Position numbers and translations under genes: made by a program. Positions 18,431 through 27,303 of a DNA stretch of 32,824 bases are shown here, piece by piece. This DNA comes from Bacillota bacterium (GTDB lineage Bacteria > Bacillota > Desulfotomaculia > Desulfotomaculales > JAJYZD01), in contig JAJYZD010000003.1 of the NCBI GenBank assembly GCA_021800315.1, positions 1 to 32,824 on the forward strand. Direction: 5' to 3'. Each line of letters opens with the position of its first letter. Position 1 is the stretch's first letter. The notes beneath the pieces are model-generated. The model did not search any database. It worked only from the letters and a program-made list of their open reading frames with translations, and was not told where the DNA came from.

Positions 18431-19090
18431 TTAAAGCCCGCGCAGCGAACTGATCATGTTGATGGCGTCGCGCAAGGCGTTGGTGGCATCCTTGGCATAA
18501 CCGTCGGCGCCCCAGCGCTCGGCGATTTCCTCGTTGACGGGAGCGCCGCCGATCATGATTTTGGCTTTCGGATTCTTGGCCTTGATCACTTTAATGATGT
18601 CCTTCATCCCCACCATCGTTGTCGTCATCATAGCGGACAGGGCCACGATCTCGGAGTCTGTTTTCAGTTGTTCCTCGACGAACTTCTCGAGCGGTACGTC
18701 GCGGCCCAGGTCGTGCACGACGAAGCCGGCCGCATCAAACATCAGCTTTACAATATTTTTGCCGATATCATGCACGTCCCCCTGTACCACCCCCATGACA
18801 ACCTGGCCCTTCGGCTTCGAATTTTCCTTCGAAATCAACGGACGCAGAATATCCAGTCCGGCGTACAGTGCATCAGCGCACATCAACAGTTCCGGCACGA
18901 AATATTCCTGAATTTCGTAGAGACGGCCTACTTCCTGCATGCCGACCACCAGGCCGTCGAAAATGGCCTCGTGCGGTTCCATCCCTTCCCTGACGGATTC
19001 ATTCGCCGCATCGCGGGCCGCATCCTCATCGTAGTTAACTACGGCGTCGCCGAGTTTCTTCAACAGTTCCTGTTTTCTTTCCGGTGTCAT
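18431..19090 (-). CDS. Methyltransferase corrinoid protein (MtaC/MttC/MtbC family)
   Basis: Cap domain GL..GM..VG.LYE..EYFVPELL, then VQGDVHDIGKNIV (DxHxxG), DLGRDVP, LSAMMTTT, MIGGAPV, GADGYA. Confidence 0.95.
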   Translation of the reverse strand: MTPERKQELLKKLGDAVVNYDEDAARDAANESVREGMEPHEAIFDGLVVGMQEVGRLYEIQEYFVPELLMCADALYAGLDILRPLISKENSKPKGQVVMGVVQGDVHDIGKNIVKLMFDAAGFVVHDLGRDVPLEKFVEEQLKTDSEIVALSAMMTTTMVGMKDIIKVIKAKNPKAKIMIGGAPVNEEIAERWGADGYAKDATNALRDAINMISSLRGL

Positions 19091-19153
19091 AAGCTCGTAC
19101 TCCCTTCCAATATTGTTGCTTCGTTCCCCGGAGACCTGCGGGCAGGCTGCGCC

Positions 19154-20410
19154 TTAGGACGACTGCGCCACGACCGCCCCGCCGCCCGCCTGTTCTTCAC
19201 AAAAGTCCGCCAGTTGCCGCTTCGGCTCCCCGGCAATCAGGACGCCGGCGATGCTCAGCAGGAACATCAGGCTGCCCAGGCGGAAGGCCACGGGGATGGA
19301 ATAGTATTTGATCAGGATTCCCGCCACCAGGGGCGCAAAGAGAGCACCGACCCTCCCCACGGTCAAGGAGAAAGATGTCGCCGTACCACGCATCTCGGTC
19401 GGGAAGGACTCTCCGCAATACAGGATCCCGTTCACCCAGGGCCCCTGGTAGATACCGAAAACCAGGAAACCGAGAACTATCAGCAGCGGCAATGAATCCA
19501 CCCGCCGGGAAGTGAAGAAGTACATGGCCACGGCACCCGCCACGGCGGTCAGGATAGTGGCGTTTCTCCGGCCCAGGCGGTCGCCCAGCCAGCCCGAGCC
19601 GACCACGAAGACTATGGCAAGCAGGTAGATGAGGGCCATGGCGCCCGTCATCCGCCCGGGGGACAGGTGGCCTTTCTGCATCAGGTACAACGGCAGGTAA
19701 ACGGAGTAGGACCAGTAAGTGTATTCGGTCCCGATCCAGGCTATGGTGGTGCCGATTAAGGCACGGCGGGAACTTTTGCCCGCGAAAAGCTGCCTGATGG
19801 TAGTTTTTCTTTTTTCGCCGGCAAATCGCTGTTGGACCGTCTGAAAGCGGGGTGTTTCGACCAGGAACTGCCTGACGAACACGATAAGCAAACCGGGGAG
19901 CAGGCACAGAAGGAAGGCATAACGCCAGCCTTCGGCCACGTTGAGGAACAGTCCGAAAAACCCCACGGCTGCCAACGAACCCAGGCTGTAGAAGCTGTAA
20001 AACATCCCGAAACCGCGGCCGCGGCTCTTCTCCGGCCAGGTTTCCGCCAGATAGGTCGTGGCCACCGGCAGTTCCATCCCGCCGCCTAGTCCGGTGAGCG
20101 CCCGGGCGATTCCCAGCATGGCCGGGGAAGACGCCAGTCCGGTCAGCGCCGTGGTCACGGTGTAACCGAGGATGGATATGCCCAGTCCTTTCTTTCTGCC
20201 GATGTAATCAGACATCAAGCCGCCGGCGAAGGTTCCGCCGGCATAGCCCACCAGGAAAATCGTGGCGATGAGCCCGATGGTCGTGGTGGAGGCATGCAGG
20301 CTTTCCTCTATCTTCGGCACGCTCACGGCATAGAGGTTGATCACCAGGGCGTCGAAGAACCAGCCGGCCCCCGCGATCAGCAGCACAAAAACACCCAGCC
20401 CGGCGATCAC
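19154..20410 (-). CDS. MFS transporter (organic acid/metabolite:H+ symporter-like); start uncertain
   Basis: About 12 hydrophobic segments, with SDYIGRK, YLAETWP..SRG, ETPRF, GDRLGRR, ESFPTEMRGT. Confidence 0.9.
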   Translation of the reverse strand: MIAGLGVFVLLIAGAGWFFDALVINLYAVSVPKIEESLHASTTTIGLIATIFLVGYAGGTFAGGLMSDYIGRKKGLGISILGYTVTTALTGLASSPAMLGIARALTGLGGGMELPVATTYLAETWPEKSRGRGFGMFYSFYSLGSLAAVGFFGLFLNVAEGWRYAFLLCLLPGLLIVFVRQFLVETPRFQTVQQRFAGEKRKTTIRQLFAGKSSRRALIGTTIAWIGTEYTYWSYSVYLPLYLMQKGHLSPGRMTGAMALIYLLAIVFVVGSGWLGDRLGRRNATILTAVAGAVAMYFFTSRRVDSLPLLIVLGFLVFGIYQGPWVNGILYCGESFPTEMRGTATSFSLTVGRVGALFAPLVAGILIKYYSIPVAFRLGSLMFLLSIAGVLIAGEPKRQLADFCEEQAGGGAVVAQSS

Positions 20411-20482
20411 CGGGCCGTTGCCTGTCCGGCCGCCCGTTTCCGCCTTCCTCAGATTGTCTACGATCTTTCACCTCGCCTGATG

Positions 20483-21499
20483 TCAATGCTCATCCGTTAC
20501 GGACAGAAAAGCTTCGATGTTTCGCCAAGGGGTGGCCGGGGCCAGGTCGCAACCCGGCATCAATACGAAACCCCGGTGCTCACGCAACTCCGCCAGCGCC
20601 CTCTGTACGCCGGCTCGGATTTCGGACGGCCCCGCCCCGTAGAGCAGCAACGGATCGATATTCCCGCCCATGCCCAGACCCGCCAAACCGTCGCGGGCCA
20701 GCGCCAGGCTCACCAGGCTGTCGAAACTGAACGCCGAAAGCCCCCGGATACGGGCGACCGCCTGGAGCCTGTCCGCGGTACGCCCGCAGATGTGCAAAAG
20801 ACCGGCCCGTTCTCCACCGCCGGTAAGCGAACTGAAGAGTTCACTCAACGGTTCCGCCACGAATTCGGCGAACATCCTGGGCGAAATCAGGTCGCCCGAA
20901 GCCAGTGGCTCGGCCAGGTAGACGATATCAACGCTGTCCAGCACCGGCCGGTAAAACTCCAGGACCGCCTCCTGCGCCATGGCGGTGAAGGAGCGGAGCA
21001 GGCCGGGATTACCCAGGCACAGCCGCAACAACGCCTGCGGTCCGAACACCTGGCCGGCCACGGTAAAAGGTCCCCAGGACACCATCGTGACGGGGAATTG
21101 ATCCCCCAGACGGTCCGCCACGCGCCGGGTGGCTTCCTGAACCGTCTCCACCGTACGGCTTTGCGCCAGCTCCTTCACCCGGCACCGGATGGACGGATCG
21201 ACCGGCAGGATCCGGGCCGGCACGGGCGGAGACGGGTCGGGCCAAACCAGTTCGGTACGGGCCAGCGCAGCCGGCAGGGCGTTGTTGAACCCGCCCCCGA
21301 CGAAGACTATGCCCCGGCCCAGCCGCCTTGCCGTGCTGACAATGGCGCCGGCCAGCCGAACGGGGTCAAGGGCCGCTTCCCGGAAGCCGATCCCGTTCTG
21401 GACCATGGTCCAGGCGCCCCCGCCCAGCAGGCTGACCGGCAATTGCGCCGGTGTTTGACCCCGCAGGGCCGCCAGGATATCCGCCTTGGAACCGCTCAC
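20483..21499 (-). CDS. UroD/MtaA-family methyltransferase-like protein
   Basis: WGPFTVAGQ, EPLASGDLISP, LHICG, GGNIDP, LMPGCDL...TP..NI. Confidence 0.88.
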   Translation of the reverse strand: MSGSKADILAALRGQTPAQLPVSLLGGGAWTMVQNGIGFREAALDPVRLAGAIVSTARRLGRGIVFVGGGFNNALPAALARTELVWPDPSPPVPARILPVDPSIRCRVKELAQSRTVETVQEATRRVADRLGDQFPVTMVSWGPFTVAGQVFGPQALLRLCLGNPGLLRSFTAMAQEAVLEFYRPVLDSVDIVYLAEPLASGDLISPRMFAEFVAEPLSELFSSLTGGGERAGLLHICGRTADRLQAVARIRGLSAFSFDSLVSLALARDGLAGLGMGGNIDPLLLYGAGPSEIRAGVQRALAELREHRGFVLMPGCDLAPATPWRNIEAFLSVTDEH

Positions 21500-21523
21500 G
21501 TCCGCCGCCTGCCGTCCATCCGT

Positions 21524-22555
21524 CTAACCCGGCGGCGTAGCGGCGGCCGTCCGCAAAAGCGCCTCTACATTCTCCCGCGGAACCGTGGGCCCGATATCGC
21601 AGCCGGGCATCAGGATGAAGCCGCCGCCCCCACCCAGCCTCTGGATGACGTCCCGCGCCTTTTGGGCTACTTGCTCCGGACCGGCCTGCAACATCACGGC
21701 CACCGGGTCGAGATTACCGGCCAGGCATCTTTTGCCGCGGAAGGCTTCCCGCGCCTTGACGAGGTCAACCTTGTGGTCGACGCTGATGATATCCGCCCCG
21801 GTCTCCAGCAGAAGATCCAGCCTGTCCGTGGTGTCGCCGCAGATGTGCAGCAGGGTTTTGACCTTCTTTTGGTGCCATCGGTCCGTCAGTTGGCGCAGGG
21901 AAGGCAGAACGAACTCGGCGAACTGTTTCCGGGAAAGCAGGTCGCCCGACGCCGTGGGATCGGCGATGGAAACCATTTCGATTAGGCCGCGCGAAATCAA
22001 CGGTTCGTAGAAACCGGTGATGAACTCCCGCGCAAAGTCGACCACGGCGTGCACCATTTCCCTGGCCTTGAACGTGCCCCGCATCAACGGTTCCACCCCG
22101 CAGATCTGGCCCGCCAGGGTGAATGGTCCCCAGGAGGTAGTGGTCACGACAAACCGGTCGCCGATGCGTCCGGACACAATTTCGGTGGTTTTCCAGACCG
22201 TTTGGATCGTTTCGTGCCCGGCCATTCTCCCTGTATCCAGGGCCCGCACCCCGGCCAGATCGTGAACCAGGGCTTCTTCCAGGTCCGGAGCACCGATCTT
22301 GCGGTACTTGATCGTCCCGCCCAACGCCGCCACATGGAGGTTGTTGTAGCCGGAGCCGCAGTAGACCATGGGATTGCCCACTTCCTCGGCCATCCGGACG
22401 AATACGCCGGCCATGCGCCGGGGATCCCGGGCCAGGGACTCAAACGTCTCCCCCGCCTGATAGAGGGTCCACATGCCCCCCCCGTAGTAGGCGGCCGGGA
22501 CCCGTTCGGTATCCTGCAAGTCGACGGCCGCCAGGATCGCTTCTTTTCCGGTCAT
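21524..22555 (-). CDS. UroD/MtaA-family methyltransferase-like protein
   Basis: WGPFTLAGQ, DPTASGDLLS, LHICGD, AGNLDP, LMPGCDI...P.ENV. Confidence 0.9.
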   Translation of the reverse strand: MTGKEAILAAVDLQDTERVPAAYYGGGMWTLYQAGETFESLARDPRRMAGVFVRMAEEVGNPMVYCGSGYNNLHVAALGGTIKYRKIGAPDLEEALVHDLAGVRALDTGRMAGHETIQTVWKTTEIVSGRIGDRFVVTTTSWGPFTLAGQICGVEPLMRGTFKAREMVHAVVDFAREFITGFYEPLISRGLIEMVSIADPTASGDLLSRKQFAEFVLPSLRQLTDRWHQKKVKTLLHICGDTTDRLDLLLETGADIISVDHKVDLVKAREAFRGKRCLAGNLDPVAVMLQAGPEQVAQKARDVIQRLGGGGGFILMPGCDIGPTVPRENVEALLRTAAATPPG

Positions 22556-22599
22556 ACTATCCCCCTGTTCCTGTCAGCGCTGGCCGTGGGAACCCCTTT

Positions 22600-23049
22600 T
22601 CAGCCGATGCCCTTGTCGAAGCGGGGCGGCGGCAGGTACTCCCACGGTTCGCCTTTACGGTAGTGGTCGGCGATGTCCATCACCTTGGCCGCATATTCAA
22701 ACGCATAGGGGATGCCGGGACCGCCGGGCACGAAACCGGCGCCGATCATACCCACCGCTGCGGCCTCGAAAATCTCCTGGTCGGTGGCTCCGGCCTCAAT
22801 GGCGGGAACCACGTGAATTATGCAGCGCGGCGACAGGTACGAAACACCGATGGCCGTAAAGATCAGTTCCTTGACTTTCCGGCTCAGCGCTCCGTCGGCC
22901 CAGATGGAATTGTAGAAGTCGGCGAAAGTGCGGCCCGATTCCGGGTTCACCTGGTTGATAACTCCAAACATCCGGGGAATGAAACCCATTGTTTCCTTCA
23001 TGTACTTGTTTACTTCCTCGGCTGTCATCCGGCCTTTCTCTTCACTCAC
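22600..23049 (-). CDS. Carboxymuconolactone decarboxylase/AhpD-like protein
   Basis: GALSRKVKELI...SPRCIIH...AIEAGATDQEIFEA; GGAGG RBS. Confidence 0.85.
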   Translation of the reverse strand: MSEEKGRMTAEEVNKYMKETMGFIPRMFGVINQVNPESGRTFADFYNSIWADGALSRKVKELIFTAIGVSYLSPRCIIHVVPAIEAGATDQEIFEAAAVGMIGAGFVPGGPGIPYAFEYAAKVMDIADHYRKGEPWEYLPPPRFDKGIG

Positions 23050-23131
23050 GACTATCCCTCCACCTTAAATTTTGTTCCCAACGGGTTCAGGCGCCCAAAC
23101 GGTGCCCGCGGGTCTTCCGGTACCCGGTGTC

Positions 23132-23662
23132 CTACACGAAGGACCGGTTAACGAGTTCACCCACCAGCCTGACCTCCCGGGAAAGGGTGGTACCGACCGG
23201 CGACGTCTTCCAGACCCTGCCGTGCAACTCCTCCATTCTGGACCGCGGCGCGTCGGTTTTAAGAAAAACCCTCGCCCGGATCTCGGTGAAACCGGGCAGT
23301 TCCGACTGGTCCGCCTCGGGCGCCAGGCCCAAAAAGCCCGGCAGATCAATGTTGCCTTCCAGTTCGATCTCCAGCTTCTGCACATTGATACCCATAACGG
23401 CGGCATTCATGGCGTAACCGATACACAGGCAGGAGCCGTAGGATGCCAGGACCATTTCCACCGGGTTGGGTGCCGTGTTGGTGCCGCCAAGGTCAGGCGG
23501 TTCGTCCATGGCCAGCGTAAACCCACGGATATTGCTCTCCACCGCGAAGCCGCCACGCCAGCACGACCGTGCCCGCCACAAGGTTCTCCCCAGATCGGGA
23601 TTTTCTTTTACGGCCTGGACGATCTGTCCAAGCTTTTCGGGATCAAGACCGTTGATGACCAT
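23132..23662 (-). CDS. OsmC/Ohr-family protein
   Basis: Start ATG 23662 after AAGGGAGGG. Motifs INGLD, DEPPDLGGTNTAPNPVE.VLA..GSC, LEIELEGNIDL.GFLG, TSPV. Confidence 0.88.
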   Translation of the reverse strand: MVINGLDPEKLGQIVQAVKENPDLGRTLWRARSCWRGGFAVESNIRGFTLAMDEPPDLGGTNTAPNPVEMVLASYGSCLCIGYAMNAAVMGINVQKLEIELEGNIDLPGFLGLAPEADQSELPGFTEIRARVFLKTDAPRSRMEELHGRVWKTSPVGTTLSREVRLVGELVNRSFV

Positions 23663-23955
23663 AGTTCGTACCCTCCCTTGCAAACTCCCCGGCCCCCCTG
23701 TCCGGAGGCCCGTTACCCTAGACTGCCCAAGACAACCGGCAGCGCTTGCCGGGCCCCGGTTGAACGGCTCCCGTATTCCCCTTCCCTGATCCCGGCGGGT
23801 TTTTCAAGACATCGCCTTTTGCTCTCCGGCCGCAGTCCTGACAGTGTGCCCCGATGGATCCTTGTGCAATTGTGTACTTTGATTATTCTAATACTAAATT
23901 ACGCTATAAAAAAATACCCCCTCGTTGAAAACTTCATTCCCCAACAACCGGAGTC

Positions 23956-23967
23956 AATGTATACATT
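23956..23967. promoter_or_regulatory. Palindromic operator overlapping the -10/+1 region (GntR-like GTATAC core)
   Basis: Perfect palindrome AATGTATACATT. Confidence 0.55.
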
Positions 23968-23993
23968 ATATGCCCTTTTTCGCTGCCTGTCAA
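23965..23993 (-). promoter_or_regulatory. Consensus sigmaA promoter of the methyltransferase operon
   Basis: Minus strand reads TTGACA-GGCAGCGAAAAAGGGCA (17 nt)-TATAAT. Confidence 0.85.
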
Positions 23994-24467
23994 CACGATG
24001 ATCCTGAACAGCCGGAAACCGGGACTGCTTTGTCATAATCACAGGTCGGCCCGCATTTATTGCCGGGACGATTGACCGTTTTTCCGCTACCGCTTGAAAC
24101 AGTGAATGGTTGTATTTAACCGCAGTAATCTTGCAATTTGTCCCAGACCGGAGAGATTCCGGCCCAGGTTCAAATTCCTGCAGCTTAATTGGCTGGATGT
24201 CGCTAACCGTCGTCTGACCCTCAACCGGAAGCCACCTGTATTACCACACAAAGGAAACAGCCAGGGGATCGTCCGGCGCTTCGGCTATTGCCGGCCCGGC
24301 CCACGACCCGGCGGGGCCGCTGCATCCCGCGCCCGCAAGGACGGAGATCAGCGGCCCCTTATCCGGAAACTGCAGGCCCGACCGCGAACCGTTAACGCCA
24401 TCCGGTTGTTTGGCCGAACCAGCGCCTGGTGCCCGTCCAATTCGCCACACTTTCCCGGGCGAACTTG

Positions 24468-25493
24468 TCAGCGCGTCGTTGCCCCACTTCCTCCGAAGTT
24501 CCGCACCGTCTCCACCATGGTTTTCAGGTTGGCCGGACCGGTACCCGGAGGCACGCCGCAACCAGGCATCAGGATGAAGTTTGCCGGTCCGCCTGCCAAG
24601 ATACAGGCGTTGGTTTCGGATTCCACCGCCACCCGGTCCCCCTGCAGGAGGGTACGGACCGGATCCACATTGCCGGCCAGTACCACCGCCGGGCCCACAC
24701 TACTTCTGGCGTCTTTGAGGCTCACCTTCTGGTCGAGGCTCAAAGCGTCGGCGCCGGTATCCCGCATCTCGGGCCAGATCTTTTCCGTGGAACCGCAAAT
24801 ATGCAGAATGACCCGGCCGCCCAGGCTGTGCACGTGCTCCACCAGCGAGGTGATGAAGGGGAAGGCGAAAGACCTGCTGTGCCGGGCGGCCAGCATGTCG
24901 GCCGATACAAAGGGTTCCGGCAGGTAAAATATCCTTGCCCCACAGCGGTAGGCTTCTTCCGCCAGGCTCTTTAAGATCCCGGTTATTTCCCTGATAATAT
25001 CCTCCAGCCGGGAAGGATTCAGGAAAATTTGCCTGAGCATCCTTTCGGCTTCGAAAACCCGCATCGCGGTAGTAAAGGGGCCTTCGAAGAGCACGCCCAG
25101 AGCCTGCCCCGCCGGTTGGCGCAGGATTGACAGCGCCTCCATCATGGCGTTGACCGAGGCTGTATTCTCCCAGGAGACGTTGCCGAATCCCTTAAAGTCA
25201 TTCAGGTCGAAGACCGTATCACCGACCGGGCCGAACGGCGACATCTTCACCTTCACCCCCATTGCTTCGGGAACAGCCATGGCGTCGGCGTATACGACCG
25301 TCCAGTCCATGCCGGTCCGGGCTTGAAACTCACCCTGTATCCGGGCCATCAGGGATCCGTCGGACCGCATTGCCGAAAGCGTACAACCGGCCATGAAGGC
25401 GGCCTGGGCCGCCCCTGTAATGATTACCGGAATACCGGAGGGTTGATGAGCCCATAAATTGGCCAGATTACCGGTGAGCGTCGCTTCAACCAC
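24468..25493 (-). CDS. UroD/MtaA-family methyltransferase-like protein (divergent fourth paralogue)
   Basis: Likely start GTG 25493 after AAGGAG (the track ORF extends to 25802). Motifs PEAMG, EGPFTTA, LHICGS, LAGNVDP, LMPGCGVPPGT..ANL. Confidence 0.85.
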   Translation of the reverse strand: MVEATLTGNLANLWAHQPSGIPVIITGAAQAAFMAGCTLSAMRSDGSLMARIQGEFQARTGMDWTVVYADAMAVPEAMGVKVKMSPFGPVGDTVFDLNDFKGFGNVSWENTASVNAMMEALSILRQPAGQALGVLFEGPFTTAMRVFEAERMLRQIFLNPSRLEDIIREITGILKSLAEEAYRCGARIFYLPEPFVSADMLAARHSRSFAFPFITSLVEHVHSLGGRVILHICGSTEKIWPEMRDTGADALSLDQKVSLKDARSSVGPAVVLAGNVDPVRTLLQGDRVAVESETNACILAGGPANFILMPGCGVPPGTGPANLKTMVETVRNFGGSGATTR

Positions 25494-26212
25494 CTTTACC
25501 CGCCACTCCTTCCATTGTTGTCGATCTTCCCGGCGTGAGCACTGGTTGCCTTTCCCGGCGCGCGCCCGGTCTCTCCTCCCGGTCCGGCCGCGCCAGGACC
25601 CCGCCGACAGGCCATCCAGGATATTTCTGCCCGCGGACCGGCATGTCCCGGAACCATGGTGACGGTCCCGAACGGGGAGAGCGGTTAGCACCACCTTCCC
25701 AAAGGCCTGTTCAGGTACAATCCCTCCGACCCACTTCCTTGCGGAGAGGAATTCTCCCGGCCGGTCCCGCTTTCCTTCCCAGACGGGCGCCTTTGGGCCC
25801 AATGGCGGCTGAAGGATGGCGACCGGTCAGCGGCTGCCCCTCAATATTCCGAAACAACTCCTGCCCGCCTCGTTGCATCGATGAGAGGGGAAGGGAAAGT
25901 TCCCTGCTTTCAGGGCGGAAGTGTCTCACTGCCCGCCGGATAAGGCGGGGGGCCCCCACGGCCTGGTTCCACCTTCCTGCCGGCTCATTGGGCAGGCCAC
26001 GTGGCCGGACTCTCCATCCTTCCGGTGCCGGAGGGGCCCTCCTGGTTGACAGTTATCCACGGCATGAAAAGCGAGTAGACGGAGTGATAGCATGGTTTGT
26101 ATCGCGTTCAGGTTTAAACCAGGCAGGTGGTCTATTCCGTGGAAGACGTTCTCCGCCTAGAAATCTTCGATGCGCCGGCGTCTGGTGTATGTCGGGATGA
26201 CGATGTCGCCTG

Positions 26213-27127
26213 TCATTTCCAACTCGTCAGTGACGAGGGCCCCGTTGCACCTGGCCCTGACTCCCGGCCGGGCGGTTGGGCACCCCGGTCCTTTTCGCCG
26301 CTCTGGGCCATGGCCCAGCCGCCGGCGAACCAGCGACCGCCCGCGCCGGCCAGGACGACGTCCTTTAAGCCGCCAAGGGACTCCCCGGGCAGTGGAAGCC
26401 AGGCACTCTGGCTATACATGGACAACTGATCGGGGATGCTTCCGCCGCCGCTACGGTCAGCGATCCACCGGTTCCCGCCGGCGGGAAACATAGTGTACAG
26501 TCCCTGGGCGCCTCTGTCCATGATCGAAGATGGGACCGCCAGGGCGGTAACCCAGCTTCGCCCGCCACCCGCAGAGTAGAGGATGAATCCCTTGTTGTTA
26601 TTGCTGAAGATTTGGACGGGCTGATCTTGAACCACCACAAAAAACCCGCCGTCTGCGGCCCATGGTCCCTTCCCTATGTACCACGGCACGGGAAGGTGCA
26701 CCGGCCCCCAGGATCGCCCGGTGTCAGCCGACCGCCAAAGGGACGGTTGGTTCGCGCCTATGGCAGCCAGGACGACGCCGTCAGGGAGGGCGGCCAGTTG
26801 CTCGACCGCTCCCCCGAGTTCCTCCCCGGCCCGCCAGGAATCGCCCCCGTCGCCGGAGATCCAGACAGTGCCGTTAGAGTCTCCGGCTACCACCAGCCGG
26901 TCCGAAAGCATGACCAGGGCGGTGGGCTGAAAAGGCAGCAAGGTTGTGCTGAGTGCGCCTTGGCCGGAAGTCGCTGTTTGAGCGGCCCGGTTAACGGGAG
27001 CGGCCGGCAGCGGGGATGAAGGGGCCGGTTGGGCGGACGGCTTGCCGGTCCCGCAGGCGGTCACGAACAGGACGATGCCAAAGACCACGATGACGCGGGC
27101 AAGGGTGCCCGCCAACCGGGGTGTCAC
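26213..27127 (-). CDS. BNR/Asp-box beta-propeller lipoprotein, possibly C-terminally truncated
   Basis: Signal peptide with lipobox VTAC and a Pro-rich linker. Asp-boxes SGDGGDSW, SADTGRSW, SAGGGRSW. AAGGGGG RBS. Confidence 0.7.
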   Translation of the reverse strand: MTPRLAGTLARVIVVFGIVLFVTACGTGKPSAQPAPSSPLPAAPVNRAAQTATSGQGALSTTLLPFQPTALVMLSDRLVVAGDSNGTVWISGDGGDSWRAGEELGGAVEQLAALPDGVVLAAIGANQPSLWRSADTGRSWGPVHLPVPWYIGKGPWAADGGFFVVVQDQPVQIFSNNNKGFILYSAGGGRSWVTALAVPSSIMDRGAQGLYTMFPAGGNRWIADRSGGGSIPDQLSMYSQSAWLPLPGESLGGLKDVVLAGAGGRWFAGGWAMAQSGEKDRGAQPPGRESGPGATGPSSLTSWK

Positions 27128-27270
27128 CGGGAACCCCCCTTCACCGTTCTTGCTCAGGAACCTTCTCCGATAACCGCGGGCGGCGCAGGTGCCTGCCCGG
27201 GCACGACCGCCGGGTCTTACCGGTGGACGTAGGTGTCAAGCCTGCAGTTGGCTCTGGTTTAACCGGTTGG

Positions 27271-27303
27271 CGGCGCCGCCCGTCCCTTCCGCGGGCGGCG
27301 CCG
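27271..27303. other. Intergenic GC-rich hairpin (12-bp stem)
   Basis: CGGCGCCGCCCG-N9-CGGGCGGCGCCG; no U-tract on either side. Confidence 0.5.

Noticed and set aside
23065-23134. Sec/Pyl readthrough of the OsmC stop, or of other methyltransferase-cluster stops
   Set aside because: The domains are complete at their stops, and the downstream frame checked (OsmC) closes quickly with no family-like sequence.
23862-23878. TTGTGCAATTGTGTAC as a Rex operator
   Set aside because: Only a half-site resemblance to TTGTGAA-N4-TTCACAA.
25494-26212. Cobalamin riboswitch or N-terminal extension of the fourth UroD gene; also ORF 26127..26429
   Set aside because: No B12-box or conserved core found. The extension is low-complexity and lies upstream of a good RBS, and the small ORF mostly overlaps the lipoprotein antisense.
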